DNA of 46,994 bases from Thecamonas trahens ATCC 50062 (Eukaryota; Protista; Apusomonadida). The notes beneath the pieces were generated by a model. That model worked only from the letters and a program-made list of their open reading frames with translations, did no database searches and was not told where the DNA came from. The stretch's first letter is position 1, and every line of letters begins with the position of its first letter. Positions 42,184-46,994 of the stretch are shown here, in pieces. The stretch is taken from NCBI RefSeq assembly GCF_000142905.1, contig NW_013657668.1, positions 1 to 46,994 on the forward strand. The letters run 5' to 3'. A program made the position numbers and the translations under genes.

Positions 42184-42987
42184 ATGACCGAGTACAAGCT
42201 TGTTGTTGTTGGTGGCGGTGGTGTCGGCAAGTCCGCCCTCACCATCCAGCTCATCCAGAACCACTTTGTTGATGAGTATGGTACGTCACCTCCCTACCTC
42301 CGCTTGCCCATTTCGCCAACAAAGTGGACAGACTTCATGGCACACACCACATACCCCCTCCTCCCCGCCTGTCTCGCTTTCCATGGCCTCTGTCTGCCAC
42401 ACGTGCCGCACCACCCCCGAGCCCGTCGGCCCCTCTCGGCTCTTTTTTTCGCCCAATTGGGGGCGCGCGCCAGGCAGCACCACTTTGCCACTCGCCACTC
42501 ACTCGCCATGTTGGAGACAGACCCCACCATTGAGGACTCGTACCGCAAGCAGGTCATCATCGACCAGGAGACGTGCCTGCTGGATATTCTTGATACCGCC
42601 GGACAGGAGGAGTACTCGGCGATGCGTGACCAGTACATGCGGACCGGCGAGGGCTTCCTCTGCGTCTACGCCATCACCTCGCGCTCGTCGTTTGAGGAGA
42701 TCACCGCGTTCCGCGAGCAGATCCTCCGTGTCAAGGACGCCGACGCTGTCCCGATCATGATCTGCGGCAACAAGTGCGATCTCGAGTCGGAGCGCCAGGT
42801 CTCTGCTGCCGAGGGCGAGGAGCTTGCCAAGTCGTTCACCGTCCCGTTCCTCGAGACCTCAGCCAAGACCCGCGTCAACGTCGAGGAGGCGTTCTTCCAG
42901 CTCGTCCGTGAGATCCGTCGCATGAAGAAGGACGACTCGGCAGGCGGCAAGCCCGCGGGCAAGAAGAAGAAGTGCCTCATCCTTTGA
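42184..42987 (+). CDS. RAS: Ras GTPase, two exons (intron 42281-42520), C-terminal CaaX CLIL
   Basis: [79 protein letters not shown]. Confidence 0.98.
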   Translation: MTEYKLVVVGGGGVGKSALTIQLIQNHFVDEYGTSPPYLRLPISPTKWTDFMAHTTYPLLPACLAFHGLCLPHVPHHPRARRPLSALFFAQLGARARQHHFATRHSLAMLETDPTIEDSYRKQVIIDQETCLLDILDTAGQEEYSAMRDQYMRTGEGFLCVYAITSRSSFEEITAFREQILRVKDADAVPIMICGNKCDLESERQVSAAEGEELAKSFTVPFLETSAKTRVNVEEAFFQLVREIRRMKKDDSAGGKPAGKKKKCLIL

Positions 42988-43718
42988 ACCGGTGGCGCCC
43001 TTCCCTCCCCCTCGATCTGGCTCTGGCTCTGGTCCTGCACTGATGCACGGCCACTTGGCCGCCTCTTCCTCCTTTCCCTGTCTTTACACATCAAACAAGC
43101 ATACCCTGACGCCTGACCCCGCCTTGTCCCCCCCCCCTCCACCCCCACTCTTCCTCTCCTCCTCTCCACAGTGTGAGGAGCCACACAACAACAGGTCTCT
43201 CAACCGTAAACGCCTCGATCTTTTTCACCAGCCATCCATCACTCTCCCACCCCCGCCCCCGCGATCTTCCCTTTGCTGTCATCCCTTCTCCGCAAGATGG
43301 GTAAACTTGCTGCACCGCCATCTGGCCAACTCCACCCTATCGGGTGATGCTTACTATGTCACCGCAACATGATCACGGATTTTCGACCTCTTTTCCGCCA
43401 TCGCCACACGAGCCATGGCGCCCGCTCTTGATGAGGCAGTTTGTGATATGGTCACGATCGCCTGATAAAGATGGTAACCGCGGGAAGCTTATAGCCATGT
43501 ACGGCGGTCTACGATTGTGTTTGTGTATATGTCTGAGTATGATTGCTGCCTTGGCCGCCTCCAGCCGCATCCTTACCGCCTCTCCCTCTCACCTTGTGAT
43601 CGTCCACCCTCACTCCCCTCATCGATCATCATCACCACCCCAACTGCTTCTCCGATCCCATCCCCCATGAACACTCCCTCACACCCGTGTGATCTTCTCC
43701 CTTCCCCCCCCCCCCCCC

Positions 43719-43860
43719 NNNNNNNNNNNNNNNNNNNNNNNNNNNNNNNNNNNNNNNNNNNNNNNNNNNNNNNNNNNNNNNNNNNNNNNNNNNNNNNNNN
43801 NNNNNNNNNNNNNNNNNNNNNNNNNNNNNNNNNNNNNNNNNNNNNNNNNNNNNNNNNNNN
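43719..43860. other. Assembly gap (N run) flanked by poly-C
   Basis: 142 N characters. Confidence 1.
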
Positions 43861-43963
43861 CCCCCCCCCCCCCCCTTCTGCCCGTCATGCCCCTACTTGA
43901 TCACGATCATGGTCACTGACGCCATCACCGCTCTCAGCCCCCCCCCTCCCCACCCACGCCGTG

Positions 43964-45397
43964 ATGGACGAGTCACGCAAGAGGAAGCGAAGCCCGGGCG
44001 AGGACGGGCAAGGACCGGGGAGCAAGCGGGCGACGGGTATGGGAGGGACTAGCGAGTTGGGGAGCGGGACGGGTATGGGTATGGGCAAGAGCCTGGGGCT
44101 GGGCAAGGGCAAGGGGCTGGGTATGGGCAAGACGCTGGCAGGAATGGCAGGAATGGCAGGAGCAGCAGCAAGAGGAGGCAGTGGTGGTAGTGGTGGCAGA
44201 GGTGGTGGGCATGGCAGTACGGGCAAGCACGGAAGTTCGACAGAGTTTACGGCGGCTGACGATGCGGCGCTGGTGGAGGCGGCGCTGCAGGGCGTGGTGG
44301 CGCCTGCCGTGGCTGCAGTGGCGGTTCCGCTCTCGGCTCCGTTCACCCCGCATGACATTGCCGCGCGTTGGAAGTATTTGCTCAACTATGCCACGCCTGA
44401 GGGCGGGACAGGCAAGGGATCGCCGCTGGCAGAGCTGGCATCGGCGCGCAAGGCGCTACGCTCGGCTGATGTGGTGTGGTCGGCCGAGGAGGACAAGGTC
44501 CTGGCCGGGTACTCGGGCCCACGTACGGCCGAGGCACTGCAGGCGCTGCTGGGGAGCCACGCGGCGGTTTTCCACCCGACGCGGACGCCGAAGGACTTGC
44601 TGGAGCAGCTAATGGTGCTGGACCATGTGGCGGCGGTGACAGCGGCGGCGCCGCAGTCCGCGTCATCGTTCGCAGCGCTGGAAGAGGAGCTCTTTGCGGA
44701 CGCCGACCGCACGCTGTGCAAGGTGATGAAGGACAAGCTTCGGTGGTCGGAGCGGGCGCACCTTGTTCCACTGCTGGAAGGCGCGCTGGCTGCGGGCGGC
44801 GGGGCCGAGGCCAGGGCCGGAAACGGGGTGCCGTCTGCGGCGGCGGCGCAGGCGCTGCTCGCAAACGAGGCGTCCTCATTTGAGCTTGCCACCGCGCTTC
44901 GCGACGCCGAGTGGGTCCGCAACACGGTGGCACACGCCGATCGCGTAATGGAGCTCGAGCCGCTTGTCGAGCTCCGGCGGCACATGCAGTGGTCGCCGTC
45001 GACGCTCGCCCTCCTCCGCGGCTCCAAGCTGTTCTTTGCCATGGCATACGCCGGCTTTACCTTTGGCCGCGGGTCGGGGCCTGCCGACGTTGATCTTGCG
45101 GTCGAGGGCGCGTGCCCCAAGGTGTCGCGGCTGCAGGGCGCCATCAAGCTCAAGGCTGACGGCTTCTTTTACCTGGTCAACCTCGGCTCGGCGCGAGTGG
45201 CGGTCAACGGGGCGCGGCTTCGAAAGCACGGCTCGATGCGGCTGCCACACAACGCATGCCTACAGATTGCTAACCTCACGTTTATCTTCGAGGTCAACCA
45301 GGTGGTCATGCCGCAGGTGCGCGCGGCGCTGGCGCCTGCGCTCGACGCCGCCAAGGCTGCGGCGAGCGCGGCGGCAGGCTTGCGGACGCGGACGTGA
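43964..45397 (+). CDS. MCRS1: Microspherule protein 1 (MCRS1)-like FHA-domain protein
   Basis: DIAARWKYLL, WSAEEDKVL, FHPTRTPKDL; FHA LALLRG...FGRG...DVDLAVEGACPKVSRLQGAIKL...F.LVNLG...VNG. Confidence 0.88.
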   Translation: MDESRKRKRSPGEDGQGPGSKRATGMGGTSELGSGTGMGMGKSLGLGKGKGLGMGKTLAGMAGMAGAAARGGSGGSGGRGGGHGSTGKHGSSTEFTAADDAALVEAALQGVVAPAVAAVAVPLSAPFTPHDIAARWKYLLNYATPEGGTGKGSPLAELASARKALRSADVVWSAEEDKVLAGYSGPRTAEALQALLGSHAAVFHPTRTPKDLLEQLMVLDHVAAVTAAAPQSASSFAALEEELFADADRTLCKVMKDKLRWSERAHLVPLLEGALAAGGGAEARAGNGVPSAAAAQALLANEASSFELATALRDAEWVRNTVAHADRVMELEPLVELRRHMQWSPSTLALLRGSKLFFAMAYAGFTFGRGSGPADVDLAVEGACPKVSRLQGAIKLKADGFFYLVNLGSARVAVNGARLRKHGSMRLPHNACLQIANLTFIFEVNQVVMPQVRAALAPALDAAKAAASAAAGLRTRT

Positions 45398-45429
45398 AGA
45401 ACGCGACGCAAGGTGAAAGGTGAGCTCCC

Positions 45430-46447
45430 TCACAGTGTCGTCTGGCCAAAGGCTGAGAGCACCATCTGGACAGCAACCTTGGCGGTGGCGTTGCGCGTGT
45501 CGAGGACCGGGTTGACTTCGACGACGTCGAGCCCGCACATGCCGCCGTGGCGGGCGAGCATCTCCATGATGAGGTGGCCCTCACGGAAGGAGATGCCGCC
45601 GGGCACGGGCGTGCCCACGCCCGGGGCCACGGACGGGTCGAGCGAGTCTGCGTCAAACGAGACCGCAAACGAGTCAGCGACGCCCGGAGCGATGATGTTG
45701 AGCGCACGCTCCATGACGTTGGCCATACCGTGGCGGTCGATGGAGGACATGGTAAAGACATTGTGGTCCTCGATGAGCCCGAGTTTGGCCATATTGTCGC
45801 GCTCGGCCGGGTCGACGTCGCGGATGCCGACGCACGCCACCCGCGACGGGTCGAACATGCCGTCGGGCCCACCGACGGCCGCCGAAAGGCCCGGCACCTC
45901 GAGGCCGAGCAGTGCCGCGAGGGGCATGCCGTGCAGATTGCCCGACGGCGACGTCTCGGGCGTGTTCATGTCCATGTGCGCATCGATCCACAGCAGCCCG
46001 GCCTTGGCCTGCCCGGCCGCAACCCGTGCCCGCTGAGTCCCCGACATCGAGCCGGCTGCCAGCGAGTGGTCGCCGCCGAGAACCAGCGGCACCGAGCCGC
46101 GGGTGACAATGTCCTCGACCACCTCGGTGAGCGACGCGACCGCTGCCCCAATCGGCCGGTGGTTGCGGGCGTTGACAACCTTGTCGTCAAGCTCGCCGGC
46201 GTCGGCCATCTCCTCTCGCGTCGGCACGTGGATGTTGCCTGTGTCTGTCACAGAGCTCACGTCCTTGAGCTCCGCGAGCTTGGTGAACAAATCCGCCAGC
46301 CGCAACGCCGACGGCCCCATGTCGACGCCTCGCCGGCCTGCGCCCATATCGAGCGGCACGCCCACTACTTCGATCGAGATCTGCCTTGCTGCCGTCTACA
46401 TAGGGGGTGAGTTGTGCTGATGACCTTGACCTAAGCGCGTCAGCCAT
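45430..46447 (-). CDS. Arginase (ureohydrolase family); first exon uncertain
   Basis: GVPLDMGAGRRGVDMGPSALR, LGGDHSLAAGS, WIDAHMDMNTPETSPSGNLHGMP, SFDADSLDP..APGVGTPVPGG, VEVNP. The ATG at 46447 is in another frame and needs a short intron. Confidence 0.93.
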
Positions 46448-46994
46448 GATCTTGACCAGCACCTCCGCCTCGGTCGATGATCACGACTCATGACCACGAC
46501 ATAACCATGACGCGCGACCCATGACGCGCGACCTGTGGCCCATGCATGACCACGACCACGACCACGACGTAACCATGACGGCACCACGGCAAGACCAGCC
46601 AGCACCGATCTGGTCCACCTCGACCACCACGAGACCAACCACAAGACCGACCACAACGTCCACCACCTTGGACACCAATCCGATCATGCCCCCCTCCCTC
46701 CCCCTCTCCTCCCCCCCTCCCCTCCCCCCTCCCCCGCCCCCCCCCCCTCCTCCACTGTGCCTGGCAGCCCGACACCAACTGCACGCAAAGACTATCCGAG
46801 ACGGGACAACGTACAGGGACAGCCATGGCAAGGGTAGAGACACGGGAAACAGCGCGACAGCCAGCTGCAAGCATATTGGGTATGATACGGGTTGAGGAGT
46901 GGAGTGGAATGTGTGCTCCCCCCCCCCCTCCCCCTCCCTCCTCCCTCCCTCCTCCCTGCCGTCCCCTCACGACTCGGCCCATCGCCCACCACTT

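Noticed and set aside
42184-42987. A novel 267-aa Ras with a constitutive 80-aa insertion
   Set aside because: The insert has canonical intron boundaries and its removal restores [10 protein letters not shown] exactly; kept only as a retention hypothesis.

Overview
Gene-dense, GC-rich eukaryotic genomic DNA with about 28 protein-coding genes in 47 kb, few short GT-AG introns, one assembly gap and no rRNA, tRNA, CRISPR or transposon signal that I can support. The gene content and style suggest a unicellular flagellate such as the apusomonad Thecamonas (inference only). Recognisable genes: class II HDAC, Tousled-like kinase, short Tom22, EF-hand protein, sterol C4-methyl oxidase-like enzyme, Chibby-like protein, ATG101, COQ4, Gln-dependent NAD synthetase, PCGF, ORMDL, RFC5/Rfc3, adenosine kinase, XPG/RAD2, Zn2Cys6 transcription factor, Ras, MCRS1 and arginase. 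The most unusual items are: (i) a large multipass membrane protein with repeated extracellular 8-Cys modules ending in an RBR E3 ligase, co-oriented with a sterol oxidase and an F-box/multipass membrane protein; (ii) a type I membrane protein with a Pro-rich stalk and an acidic tail with penultimate Trp, the layout of TRAP-like gliding adhesins; (iii) unusual fusions (Myb-TLK, FW-UBL, XPG plus an extra C-terminal domain, ankyrin plus F-box-like motif); (iv) an M28 pseudopeptidase; and (v) four -1 frame breaks that are most likely assembly indels. All family calls come from motif recognition by eye; no database search was run.
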